Shown: positions 1-13,504 of the stretch, piece after piece
How the letters are laid out: each line of letters opens with the position of its first letter
Numbering within the stretch: position 1 is the first letter of the stretch
Assembly: GCF_026210795.1 (NCBI RefSeq)
Contig: NC_089433.1
Coordinates: 2,542,001 to 2,606,000, forward strand
Length of the DNA stretch: 64,000 bases
Direction of reading: 5' to 3'
From: Rhizophagus irregularis
Lineage: Eukaryota
Notes under the pieces: model-generated
What the model was told of the DNA's origin: nothing
The model's database searches: none
The model's input: the letters and a program-made list of their open reading frames with translations, nothing else
Translations under genes and position numbers: made by a program

Positions 1-351
1 GATTCATTTTCTAAAAAGATGTATCCTTCACGCTGGTATAAGAATCCTAATAAATCTGAAATGATACAAATTTACCAATCATTTTACAAACATAAACCTT
101 TGCATGATTTGCAAGATCAATTAATAATAGAACAGCCCACAGCTAGAACAGGATTATAAATATAAACTTAATCGTACAATTTGGAAATTACAATGATTTG
201 TTAATAATGACATAATAAAGATACCACAAAATATAAAGCCAAAAGGTGGCGTACATTCAAATAAAAGGAAAAAATCTGGTATAGAAATTAATTCTCAAAG
301 AAAAAAATCAAAAAAACTAAAGGTAAAGATTTTAATACATATATTCTTTAT

Positions 352-1277
352 TAGAGCTCCGAACAGGTCAGCCAAATTCAGGTAACCTGACCTGACCTGA
401 CCTGAAATTCAGGCCAGGTATGAAGATTGACCTGACCTGATATACTGTTGACCTGAAACTATTGATTCTACTATATAATAAAAGTGAGTTGCAGTATTGC
501 GATTCACTTTTTTATAAAGATTCTATATAAAAAAAGTGAGTTGCGGTATTGCGATTCACTTTTTTATATAGATTCTATATAAAAAAAGTGAGTTGCGGTA
601 TTGCGATTCACTTTTTTATATTGATTTTATATAATAAAAGTGAGTTGCGATATTGCGATTCACTTTTTATATAGATTCTATATAAAAAAAGTGAGTTGTG
701 GTATTGTGATTCACTTTTTTATATTGATTTTATATAATAAAAGTGAGTTGCGATATTGCGATTCACTTTTTTATATAGATTCTATATAAAAAAAGTGAGT
801 TGCGGTATTGCGATTCACTTTTTTATATTGATTTTATATAATAAAAGTGAGTTGCGGTATTGCGATTCACTTTTTTATATTAATTCTATATAAAAAAAGT
901 GAATTGCAGTATTGGGATTCGCTTTTTTATATGATTTTAATATAAAAATGTTGAATCGCAATATTTCGAGAAAAAATGTTGCGAAAACGTTTTTTTCATA
1001 ATATTATATTAAAAAAATGTTTCGTAACGTTTTTTTTTGATATTTCAATAATAACGTTGCAAAAACGTTTTTTTTCATAATATTTTATTAAAAAAAAAAA
1101 GTTTTGTACCGTTTTTTTTCAATACTTTAATAAAAATAGTCCTGAAATTTTTCAGGTTTCAGGTCAGGTCAGGTCAAACAGACAACCTGATATAACCTGA
1201 CCTGACCTGACCTAAAAAAAAATTTCAGGTCAGGTTTATCAATTAACCTGACCTGACCTGATCCATTCAGAACTCTA
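352..1277. mobile_element. hAT-type non-autonomous element (MITE)
   Basis: Termini TAGAGCTCCGAACAGGTCAG ... CTGATCCATTCAGAACTCTA (imperfect TIR). Exact 8-bp TSD TTCTTTAT at 344-351 and 1278-1285. Subterminal (CCTGA)n repeats. Confidence 0.9.
470..935. repeat. 52-bp tandem repeat, 9 copies, each an imperfect hairpin
   Basis: Core AAAAGTGAGTTGCGGTATTGCGATTCACTTTT; the GTG core recurs at 484, 536, 588, 640, 691, 743, 795, 847, 899. Confidence 0.95.
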
Positions 1278-1731
1278 TTCTTTATTTTCAAAACTATAAA
1301 AAAATAATTTCTTGTTAATAATACATAGGAGAAAGATTCTAATAAAAACAAAAAAAATATTATAGTAAGAAATTCATTATGATAATTTTTTTATCTATTT
1401 CAGATTGTTAATAAAGGAAACTCAAGTAGCAATGATGAAAATATTAACTCTATTACAGTAAATAATTATAATTCCACTTTCTTTTGATTATTTATAAAAA
1501 TCAGTTGGTGTTATAATTTATTTAACAAAACTCAAAATTTTATTATAAAGATACCTGAAATATGTCCTTATTGTGATGAAAGTTACCATCTCCTTTGCCT
1601 AATAAGTTAAAGGATTTGTTTATGAATTTTCAAGGAAAAAGTTTAAAAGCCGTAGAGCAATTTGAATTTTGTCATGCTCATATAGGAGAAATGCAAATCA
1701 TTTCAGATGGTATTAAAAAAGGTTATCCAAC

Positions 1732-2562
1732 TAGAAATGCGATCCAGATGAAATTTTACAATCTGTGATCTTCCTGGATCAATCCGGATTATCATAGGAT
1801 TAAATCTGGATAATCTAAATTAACTATTTTTGGGTAGCTCAGTACTTAACGATCGTATAAAGATGCACTATAACTCATTCAAATCGTTACAATGAGACGA
1901 TTTGAATAAGCTATAATACATCTCTGTACGATCACTGGATGTCGAGATAATTGGCAAAATGTGAAACATCAGCATTTTTATTTTATAATTATGCAAAATT
2001 TTACGTTTTGCCAAATATCTCGGCATCTAGTGATCGTACTGAGATGCACAATAGCTCATTCGAATCGTCTCAATGCAATGATTTGAATGAGCTACTGTGC
2101 ATCCTGTACGATCGTTGGATGCCAAGATATTCAGAAAACTGTCAAAAATCGGTAGTATTATAAATAAAAAATGCCGATTTTTGTATAGGGATGTACTGTA
2201 GTTCATTCGAATCGTTGCATTAAGACGATTTGAATGAGCTATTGTGCATCTCTGTACGATCACTGGATGCTGAGATATTTGGCAAACCGTGAAATTTTGC
2301 ATAATCGTAAAATGAAAATGCTAATGTTTGACATTTTGCCGAATATCTTGGCATCCAGTGATTGTACAGAGATGCACAATAGCTCATTCAAATCGTCTCA
2401 TTATGACGATTCGAATGAGCTATTGTGCATCTCTGTACGATTATTAGATGCTGTTTCAGATTAAAATAGATATCTTTAATCCATCTGAATGCATCCATTA
2501 TTTGTTCGGATCAGATGGATTGGTGGATGATTTGAATTTTCAAATTTTAGATCACATCTCCA
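1732..2562. mobile_element. hAT-type MITE with four internal palindromic modules
   Basis: Termini TAGAAATGCGATCCAGA ... TTTAGATCACATCTCCA. Exact 8-bp TSD TATCCAAC at 1724-1731 and 2563-2570. Removing it restores the host frame GYPT-VIDF. Confidence 0.88.
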
Positions 2563-5500
2563 TATCCAACAGTGATAGATTTCAAAAGAATTGAAAATTT
2601 CAGTACTGATCTATTGGATATTTGTAAAAAGAAAGCCAAAAGCTTTTATCGTGATAATTTTATGAGAGAATATTATGATAAAGTAAAAAACAAAATTAAT
2701 TCACCTATGAGTCTTATGAGCCAAATTGAAAGTTTTCAGGTAATTTTGAATTTTTTTTATTATATTAATACTAGCCGTTAACCTGTTGCTTTGCAATGGT
2801 ATATATATATATAAAAAAACGTGATCTGCATGTAACAATTAATTCTGGCCAGAATTATGTGATCAGTGCAGAAATTTCCTTTTTTGGAGTATTTGTGAAA
2901 CCAAATTCCCCCATTTCTGTGGGAAGTAAAATTTCTTTTTTTAAAAGTTCATATAATGTCATGTGACAAAGTGCCCAATGGAATTGATGTTATGCCTAGG
3001 GGTTAGATAAATAAACGGGGGGCCAACTCATAGGTTACACAGACTGATCAATAATAACCAGAACTGTCACCATATGTAATTTTATAAGTAACCTTATTAA
3101 AGTATGATCGTATTCATGTTTAAGATGAAAAATCAATTGATAATCATTATAATCCATGAAAAAAAAATAATTGATCGGTAATAAAGAAACGCGAAACTAT
3201 CTGAAAATATAATTTTTTGTCAAAGTTTCGTGTTTATTTACTTTAAAAAATTTGATCGGCGGTTTAATACATCTAAAATACATAGAAAATTTAGCTACAA
3301 CTTGAAAATGTTAGGCATTAAAGGTTAGAAAAGCACAACTTTTATATTTTTTAAATAATATTAACATTTTTTATTAAAAAGTTTCAAAAAAAACGCGCAA
3401 TTAATATAAACGAGAATAGTATTGATTTGCCAATACCAAAGCAGCAAAAAAAAGCAGAAGCATTACAAGATCTTGTACGTACTAAGCCTAACCTTAAAGG
3501 AAAAATGGTATATTTTTTTCCAACATTAGATAAATATTTTGAAGGTGTGCTTATGTATGAAGTAAAGGATAAGAAAGCATATGTATATAGCGTCAAAGAT
3601 AATCGCAAATTTGACACATTTTCCAAATGGATAGATTATTTGGAAAACCGAGGATATTTTAAAGGACGTAAGTCTGCTACAGCAACCATTTTTTTGGAAG
3701 CAAATCCTACAAGTCCGTCAATTGCATCTATTTTATCTACATCAAATTCATTATATTGGAAAACATCATTGTTAATAAACATCACAGATATTCTTTCATC
3801 AATTCAAGAAAAAGTTAAACCGGGAGGAGAGTTTTCTGGAACTGCAATACGAAAAATTAGTGAAGGTCTTGAACTTCATTTTTTCAAAGAAGAAAAATCA
3901 GAAAAAAAGCTATTGATTCTAACTAAGAGTGATTTATATAGATATGAAGTTTATATATTTGATCAAATAGTAAAAGAAAAATATCTTCCTTTTCCAACCA
4001 AAGAAATGAAAAGAACTCTTGATGAAATAATTAATTTTATTAGATATGTTTTTTCTGTTAGTATTTGTTATGGACAAAGTACTGCTGGTAATTAATTATT
4101 ATTTTTTATTTTTTATTTATTTATATACGTAAATTTTATTTGATAATTTTTATTCAAAGGTTTTGAACAAGTAACACATATTCGGGGTACTCAACTAGTT
4201 AACAATAATAAAGATCATACTCCTTTTGCTTTAATGGAACGGATTGGTCAACCTGATAAGGTATATAGAAGAATAGATTGTATACTTGTAATAACAGAAA
4301 AAAATATATGCAAAAATTGTGCAAAATTACGAAAAACTTTACAAAAAATTCAACAAAGAATTTTGTCTGGAACAAACTCAATAAAAGTAACACATGCATC
4401 AAAAGAAACTCTTATAAAAAAGGTTAGCCAACAGAGAAAGATTATTAAAGAACAAAATAATATAATTATTGATTTAAAAGATCATTTAAAAGAAAAAATT
4501 GAAAGGGAAGAAGAAGAAGCATCAGGTGAAATTGCAAATATTGTTCATACTGTTACTAAAGGTATTATTAACAAAGATATAAATATTTCTGCTTTTCATC
4601 CTATTTTTCAAGAACTTATTCGTATTCAAACTGAAAAACCAAATGGAACAAGATATCATCCAATGTAAGGTTAATTAAAATGATATTAAATATGAAAAAT
4701 ATCTTATATTTTTAATTTTTTAGGTTTTTACGTCAGGCTATATCTGTATATAGTAGATCAGGTCATGCAGCTTATAATGCAATGAAAACAATTATGCGTT
4801 TACCATCAATTTCAACACTTAAAAGTTATATTAACGAAAGTGAATAAAAATCAGGCTGGCAAGATAAAATTGCTAATCAAATATTAGCTAATTTGACAAT
4901 AAATAAAATTTGGGGATATGGAAGAGTGGGATTTTTTTCTCATGATTCTTTTAAAATTCAAAAAGGTAAAAATTATTATTATTTTTAAATTTTTTCAATA
5001 ATTTATATTTAATTATTTAATTTGATAAAAATAGGTCTTCTTTGGAGTCAACGTAAAAATTGTTATGTTGGTTATTTGGATTTTGAAAATGAAATGCAAG
5101 AGTATGAGATGTTTGCTATGCAATGTAAACAAGAAATAGAATCAATATCAATAGAAGATAATTTTACATCAAGTAATAAACAAAAATTTGGACTTGCAAC
5201 CCAAGTTCATCAAATTGTTTGGCATTCAATAACACATAATTTTGCATTTCCCATATCTTATTATGGTATTAATAATATATTAGTACATAATTTAAATACA
5301 TTACTTTTTAATCTTGCAGCAAAATTAGAGTGTATAGGTATATATACATGTGGATCAATTTGTGATGGAGCAGGAGAAAATAGAATTCATATTAAAAGTT
5401 TTGATTGGTATGCATCAAAATGGACTTGTGGTGATATTGTAGAAGTTAATTTTAATAAAGATAAAACATCTTTTTATGCAGCAAAAATTATAAATAGTAA

Positions 5501-6269
5501 TTTTAAAAAAACAAAATTTACTGTATGTCAACTTGATTGTAATAATCCTAAAAATATTGAAATTGAACGAAATTTTATTCGTCCACCAATGCCTTCAAAA
5601 TTGAAATGGAATGTCAATGAAATATGCGAATTTAGAAATCCAGATGATAATAAATGGTACTTAGGAAAAATTATTGAGTTTGATCCAGTTGAAACAACAT
5701 TATCTGTAGAAATTATAGAAGGAATATATGCAAAAAAGGGATGGAAAGTTTTTAGTTATCATATTAGTAAGTTTCTTAGACCTGTTTATAATAATCAAGA
5801 AATTTTAGTAAATTATAAAACAATCAATCCTATTACAGGAGAAGAGTGGTTTTTTATTAGTGATCCAACACATGTTTTTAAAAAACTTAGAAACAACATA
5901 TCAAAAAGTCATACAGGTGAAAAAAATGCAAGAGAAATAATGTTTAATAAAAAGGAAATTAGTTGGAAACATATAAAAGGTGTATATGAATATACAAATA
6001 AACATGCAACTGCTAAAGCTACCAAACTTACAAAATGACATATATGGCTTACTTCATGGAGTAAGACACAGGTCGAAGGGGCACCATTGTCCAAAATTCA
6101 AAAAATGCAAATTCCCCATTTTTCTGGAAAATGGTGGGAAATTGTGGAAAATGCTACATTACGCTGAGCAATTTTTTGGAATAGCATTGTTACAACATTG
6201 TCCGATTTAGCAAATCTTATGAAATTTTGGGAAAATGCTACATTACACCTCAAATGTAACATTTCGTAA

Positions 6270-7045
6270 CATTGTTATAACATTGTCAATTAAATCAAAT
6301 TTTGCTTTTTTTTTGTCAAATGGTGCATTTTTATGAAAATTCCGCATTTTGCCACCAATGTAATATCATTGTAACAACATTTCATAACATTGTTATAGCA
6401 TTGTCAATTAAAATCTAATTTTGCTTTTTTTTTGTCAAATATTCCGATTTTCTGCCAAATGGTACATTTTTTATGAAAATTCCACATTTTGCCACCAATG
6501 TAATATCATTGTAACAACATTTCATAACATTGTTATAACATTGTCAATTAAAATCTAATTTTGCTTTTTTTTGTCAAATATTCCGATTTTCTGCCAAATG
6601 GTACATTTTTATGAAAATTCCACATTTTGCCACCAATGTAATATCATTGTAACAACATTTCATAACATTGTTATAACATTGTCAATTAAAATCTAATTTT
6701 GCTTTTTTTTTGTCAAATATTCTGATTTTCTGCCAAATGGTACATTTTTTATGAAAATTCCACATTTTGCCACCAATGTAATATCATTGTAACAACATTT
6801 CATAACATTGTTATAACATTGTCAATTAAAATCTAATTTTGCTTTTTTTTTGTCAAATATTCCGATTTTCTGCCAAATAGTACATTTTTATGAAAATTCC
6901 ACATTTTGCCACCAATGTAATATCATTGTAACAACATTTCATAACATTGTTATAACATTGTCAATTAAAATCTAATTTTGCTTTTTTTTTGTCAAATATT
7001 CCGATTTTCTGCCAAATGGTACATTTTTTATGAAAATTCCGCATT
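6270..7045. repeat. CACTA left subterminal ~140-bp tandem repeat, ~5 copies
   Basis: GCCACCAATG recurs at 6351, 6491, 6629, 6769, 6908. Confidence 0.95.
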
Positions 7046-7294
7046 TTTTAGCAAATTTCATGCAAATTTCATGTTTTTTTGGTCAAATGTTACATTTTTC
7101 GTTAGAATGTTATTTTTTTTCGACACTTTTTTTGCAAAATGTACATTTGTTGACATTTTCTAGAAAGATGTAACATTTTATCGAAAAATTAGATCATTTA
7201 CTAAAAAAATGCGACATTATTTACTGAATATTGAATAATTTGATATAATAATCGGATAATTTCGCAAAAAAAAAAATTATTTATTATGGTAAAT

Positions 7295-10200
7295 TTAAAT
7301 GTGAAATCTTCTATTTAACGGTAAAATGGCCAAGTATTCAGTACGTTTGTATTTAAATTTTGCTGGAACAAATCTACCTAATATGTGATGAACCGGAATT
7401 ATACTATCAACTGAAGAATTAAAAAACTCCTTTTTCCAAAGTTCCGGATCATTCGTAAAATCATCAGAATCTTCGCTGGAAAAAAAAAATCTGTCGCAGC
7501 GGGTTTATACCAATTCACAAAAGCCAAATAATGTTCCGTCGGACCATTCGGAAGATGAACTGTATGTTTGAAATAGAATTGTACCTGGCCGGGATATGTG
7601 TCTATATCATTTCTACGTTATTCTATAAAACGTGCTAAAATATAAGAGCTTCTAATATACCTTTTGGATAATATTGACCCAAAATATTCTGCACCGATGC
7701 GCAATCTGCCACATTGTGTGATATTTCCAGTTACAGCAATGTAATTTTCGGTTGATGAAGAAGGATCTAACTGTGGTCGGCTAAAATTATATTCTTCATA
7801 AGCGCGATTGTAGTAATCAACTAGTAAATCCAAAATATCATCCGGTAATATGACATTCAATTTTATCGGACTTAAAAGTTCTCCAGGATATTCCTCCGTT
7901 CCTGTTACCCTGCCAGAAACCAGCTTTTCGGATATGTCTAAAAATGCCTGTAATTCCTCACTTTCGAGAGATTCATTTTCGTTATCATCAGTTGTATTAT
8001 CATTTAAATCAAGTATTTGAAAAATGGCCTGATGATTTAGAGCCAATGTATTGAATCTTCGTTCAATTTGAGAACTCTGCATCATAAATCGCATAATTTC
8101 CAGTTCAATTTTTCGTCTACTATTAGGTAAACTCCCTGTATAATTGTAAAATCGTAAGTAATAATTCTGAATAATTTGAATAATATTATTGTAAATACCA
8201 ACCAAGAATTCCATTCATCCTTTCAAAGAAGAAACACCAAAATGAGTAAAGAGGACCGTAATCTTTACAACATTTGTTTAAGTGTAATGAAAGATGTAAA
8301 TTTGGTGTTATTGAAACTTCTCCGTAATTCGTTTCGATAAGTTTCAAAATTTCAATTAAATGTTCATGTGCGTCATCTAAATTTTTGATTGTAACAATCC
8401 TTCGGACTAATATAGAACAAGCTTGGCTGAAATGTACTAAGATTTTCCGATCTTCTTGGTCCAAAAAATCCCAAAGAACGACTCTGGCATAAATCATGAA
8501 AAAATTTTTCCATTCGTTAGCTGTTAAATTGGAAAATCCTTCCCCAATATCTATTTTATGAGGAATTCGACCGATTTCTGATGGTGGATGAATATTGTTC
8601 ATGTTTTTTTGAATTTTCGTCAAATCATCCATATTTATTTTACCATGTCCTAACCAAAGCCATTTTACGATAAATGATGCAATTCCTATAAATAAATTAT
8701 GCATCGGGTCTACAGGTAAAAATCGTATCGGATCGAAATAAGACAAACGGAGCATTTCTGACCATCTCGCATGATATTGCTTCGCATGTCTTTTTCTAGC
8801 TTCGTTGCTTTTACATTTTCTCCATTCCAAAGCCATTTCTCGATGACTATTCACGTTTTTAGCAACAAACCATTCGTCAATATCATCCATGCCACTAAAA
8901 TTTCTATTTCTTGCAACCTTTAAGCATCTGTGACAGCTTACATTGGCTGAATAATGGCCACATAATTTTCTAGCAGCTGGTATATCGCAGCAACAAGCAA
9001 TTACTGCGCATTTTATCAATCTTCCGGATAAATGTTCAGAAGTTCTGTCTAATCCCACTCCTTCCCAAAAAGTTTGAAATTGATCAACAATTGGCGCCAA
9101 GTAATGATTTATCTGATGTAGGCTTGGTTCATTAGGGCCTGCATTAATCCTAAAATGAGCATATTTTCGGGTTTAAAGCGCAATTCTCTTGGGAGATTGC
9201 AAATAGCTCCATATATAGCACCAGAACTATGAATTGTCCTTTCAAATGGCTGAAACCAATCGACGTTAATCATAATACCCAAATGATCATCCGCATGTTC
9301 TTTATTAAAAAATCTTTGTTCGTCAGATTCATCATCCACTATTATTCCACTATTTGAGAAATTCTTCCAAATTTCACCATCATATACATCACATAAGACT
9401 CGGTCGTTGACGCTTCTATCGGCCCATAATTTAAGATTTTTTTCAAAGTTTGGCCTTTGATACATTTGTAAAAGTTGCTCTTTTATACTGGGCATCGGAT
9501 AAATTAATAATGGCGCATTAACGACTTTACCATCGTCTAGTTCTTTTTGTTCTGATAATGGAGCATTGCATTGTCGAAGTGAATGATGATTTGGAAATTG
9601 TACATGACCACATTTTTTTATTGCTTTGTGTTGTTGGATTGTGTGTTGTTTAACATCATCTATATTATGTAATTTGTGACATGAAGGACATACGGAAAAT
9701 TTGATAAATTGATGCTTCAATCCTAATTTCTTTCTTGCAGTATACAACGAAGTAGGAAAATCTTTAAAACGATCGTAATTAAAATTTGTTAAAATATGTT
9801 TGATGAATTTAATTAATGTATCGATTGCGGTATCTGCTAGTCGAAACCTAGTTTGATACCTCAAAACAAACACAATTATCCAATCTTCAATATTTTGCAG
9901 ATTTTCATTAATATTGTTTGGAAAATCATAATTCGGTGGAGAGTAATCTTCAAAAATGTTGGTTTCTTCGCCATTATCATCCCCATCATCCCCATCATCC
10001 CCATCATCGTTATCATCCCCATCATCCCATCATCGTTATCATCTCCATCATCCCCATCATCGTTATCATCGCTATCATCCCCATCATCGTTATCATCGCT
10101 ATCATCCCCATCATCGCTATCGCCATAATTATCAGTTTCTTCGTTACTGTCATTGTTATCATCACTGTTATTTATATTTTGCATTTGAGTGTCACGTTCC

Positions 10201-10478
10201 AAATAAGTATTATACCTGCTTCGTTTTCTCCTTTTCGAAGAAAATGTTGACAAATTTTCTGATGATGATGTGCTTTCTTGAGGGTCGATAGAGATTTCTT
10301 CATTAACGAATGACGATCCAATACTCATTAGGTCATTTGAAGTAGTTGCATCATCAAGACTTAGACTCATTGAATGTTTTTGTTTGGTTCTTGGATCAAC
10401 ATACTTTCCGTTGCATTTATTACAATAACATTTTTCTTTAGTTCTTGTTTTAACGCATCTTTCATTAACATTCATCAT
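7295..10478 (-). pseudogene. CACTA TnpD-like (Transposase_21-type) transposase, degraded
   Basis: CYCNKC N-terminus, Asp-rich tract, then VCPSC, DVYDGEIW, INVDWFQPF, NLPRELRF, CDIPAARKLCG, DPMHNLFIG, HL..YGPLYSFWCFFFERMNG. Intron 8136-8202. Frameshifts near 10030 and 9140, stop at 7618. Confidence 0.9.
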
Positions 10479-11271
10479 TTTTTCAAATTTTGATTTAATT
10501 TTACAAAATGTGAATTTAACCAAAATACCAGCATTTTGCTGTAATAAATAATCAGACGATACATTTTTATTTTTTTCGAACATCAATACATCAATTGTAT
10601 ATACATTTTTATTTTTTTTCGAGCTTCAATACATCAATTGTATATTTTTTTCGAACATCAATACATCAATTGTAGATCAATACATAATCGAAAGTGAATA
10701 TGTTACATTTTAACAGATCTACAATAAAATTTAACTTTCAGTATACTCCTTGTTTAACTTTTTATAGCCAAATTATTCTTAATTATATACTTAAATATAT
10801 CAGCGATAACAATAAATTTAACTTTCAGTATACTCCTCGTAACCTTGTTTGACTAAATTTATATATTAAATTCCAAATTATTCTTAATTATACCAAAATT
10901 AGCGATGACCAAAATAGAACAATTCAAATCATTTAACTATTTAACTATTTTCCAAAATCAGCGATGACCAAAATAGAACAATTCAAAAATTATTTAATTA
11001 TTTCAAACAATTACGCGAAGAAAACATTTAATTGGAATAAATATATAAAGAGTGATTTTTTTTTTTACAATACAAACGTCGATTTTGCAATTTTTGTTCC
11101 TTTACATTAAAATCGTCTTTACAATTTTCAAATTATTTTATTTTTGTTCCTTTCTAATTTTTTTTTACTCAACTCTTTTTTTACTTTACGTTTCTTCAAT
11201 TTTACGTTCGTTCCTTCCACATTTCTAGCTTTTACTTCATTTCTTTTCTGATAATAACCAAAAAAAGAAGT

Positions 11272-13397
11272 TTGTTAACGCGTCGTACTCGTACACTACA
11301 TTCTCCTTTATCCATCAACGCTTCTCATGATGGACAGGGCATTCAGACAGTTCACTCTTTATCACACTTAAATTCAGCCGAATCTATCGACCAAATACAC
11401 AATCGTAATCGATTAAATAGGTCATCAAGTCTGGATACTGAAGGTATAATTTACGTTTTGGCGGATAATTTGGCAGATCATTCGAAATTTTGATTAAATA
11501 GCAAACTTAATTTAAAAATTACTATTTTTTTTGTACATTAAGAACGTATTTCACGACTTGAACGGGGAATGTCGTCAATTCAAGAACAAATGTCCACTGG
11601 GTTCGGGCAAATAACGAGAATGCTGGAGCGTTCTCTGAACCCACAAGAACGTTCACGACAAAATCGACAAATAGAATATATTCAGGTTGATGATGACGAT
11701 GATGAAGATGAACTTGATAAACAAGACAATGAGGAATATATCACTGAAAAAGATCTACATTCGTTGCAAGAGACAGCACAAAAACAATATAATAAGAAGC
11801 ATCGAAAAGAAATAAAAGTTTGTTTTGGTATATTTTTATTATTTATGTGACGTTTAAACTCATTAATTTTATCAATTTTCATTTTATAGAACGAAATTAA
11901 AATTCTAATTCGTAGCGCAAAAATCGATGAAATTCCCATCGATTATACAAAGAAGTTTGGCGAGATTGCACCACAATTGGAAAAGGATCTGATCCCCCGT
12001 ATCCAATCACTTCTTGAACAACATGGTATTCATGCAACATTAAGTATAGTTCGGGATGTGTTCTCGGATTTGCATAAAAATGGCCGACATAAATGGAAAG
12101 AAAGCCAGCTTAACGAGGCAGAAATAAAACAAAAAAAAATAATGAGCCATATAATCAACCGTTTATCAGAAGTAAGTTAATCAAGTTCCAAATTTTTAGG
12201 TAATATTGAAAATTAATAATAGTTATTTTAATTTCAGAAACGGGAACGAAGGATGAAGGGCGCATTAACCATGAAGAATCACCCCGATTATCGAAAATCT
12301 TTTAAAAAACGCGGGATCAAGGATATTAATGAAATATTAAACAAGAACGAATACCACTCTCCTGAAGAGAGTGATCCGGAGAATGATCCAAACGCATCCA
12401 CAGACCGCAAAAACCTTTTTGTTTACAAATTATCATGGAGATCTGATGAAGTAAGTCAGACAATTCATTTTGTTTATGCGCAGTGACACTAAAATGTCTT
12501 TATCAATACGTGATTGGTGCTTCTGGTTTCGCCAAATCTCGACATATCAATTTCCTTGCATGCTTTCGAATTTTGGAAAAATGCCAAACCTCAAAAACAA
12601 CAGAAGTTTATCTATTTCTAATACACGTTTATTTTTAGTTAACGAACCTTCTACATTCAATTGACGAGTACGTGGAAAAATATTTTCCAGAAAATAAGAG
12701 AGTACGTCCTCGTATCCTTAAAGATGAATTTTGGAAAAATAAGAAAGCACCACCAAATTTAATTTGGTGGACACTTAAAGACGGAAAGCGAGAATCTCCC
12801 TCAGTCCATAAATCTATTGACGAAGAATCAGATGATGAGTCGGAATCGGAGAGCGAAGAGGAGGAACAAAGTCAACAAAGTCAACAAAGTCAACAAAGTT
12901 ATGGTAATTGAGTATTACCGTTCTCTTTTTTTTTTTTATGGAACGGAATTTTTAGAAAATTTTTTAAATTTTTCTTTTAAGGTCTCAACGTCGATAAATT
13001 AGATATAAATGCTGAATCTGATGAAGAAGAAGAGGGTGAAGATGAGGCAAACGAGCTGGAGCAAGAGGAAACATCATTATCACAGACATCGGGATGACGA
13101 TCAAACAAACGATCTAAACAATCCTCCAAAACCCCACCATTACCACTGCAAAAACCCCCATCATCACGGAAAACTTCTCAACAAACACGATCATCAAAAA
13201 GAATTTCAAAAAATAAAAAATCCACAAACAAAAACAACGAAGCACTTGATGAATTGCAGGAAGTTATTGACAATATGCGTGATTAATCGAAAAAAACAAA
13301 TAAAAAATCATCATCCAAACTATCGTCCCAAGAACAGGAACATATTCATGATAATGTTCCTAAGAGAACCTCAAAAGAAAAAGAAAAAGAACAGTAA
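11272..13397 (+). pseudogene. CACTA second (TnpA-position) multi-exon gene, function unknown
   Basis: Chain of ORF pieces bounded by GT..AG introns (e.g. donors 11444, 11818, 12172, 12451, 12904), with YHSPEESD and LSWRSDE motifs and acidic/basic tracts. In-frame stops in the last exon. Start uncertain. Confidence 0.6.
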
Positions 13398-13504
13398 GGG
13401 TGTAGGAAGAATATGTAGGGATATTAATGGATTATATAATAAATATCAAAATATATGTAATATTTTTGACAATTTTTATTTCAAATTTGGTAAATTTGGC
13501 GTCA

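Noticed and set aside
1..340. Coding-like fragment (YPSRWYK..)
   Set aside because: Contains stops and is cut by the window edge; cannot tell whether it belongs to the RTC4-like gene or a TE.
470..935. CRISPR-like appearance of regularly spaced palindromic repeats
   Set aside because: No unique spacers, no cas genes, eukaryotic context, and it lies inside a TSD-bounded MITE.
9853..10291. His-, Ser- and Ile-rich ORFs on the + strand
   Set aside because: Shadow frames of the (GAT)n Asp-rich tract of the minus-strand CACTA transposase.
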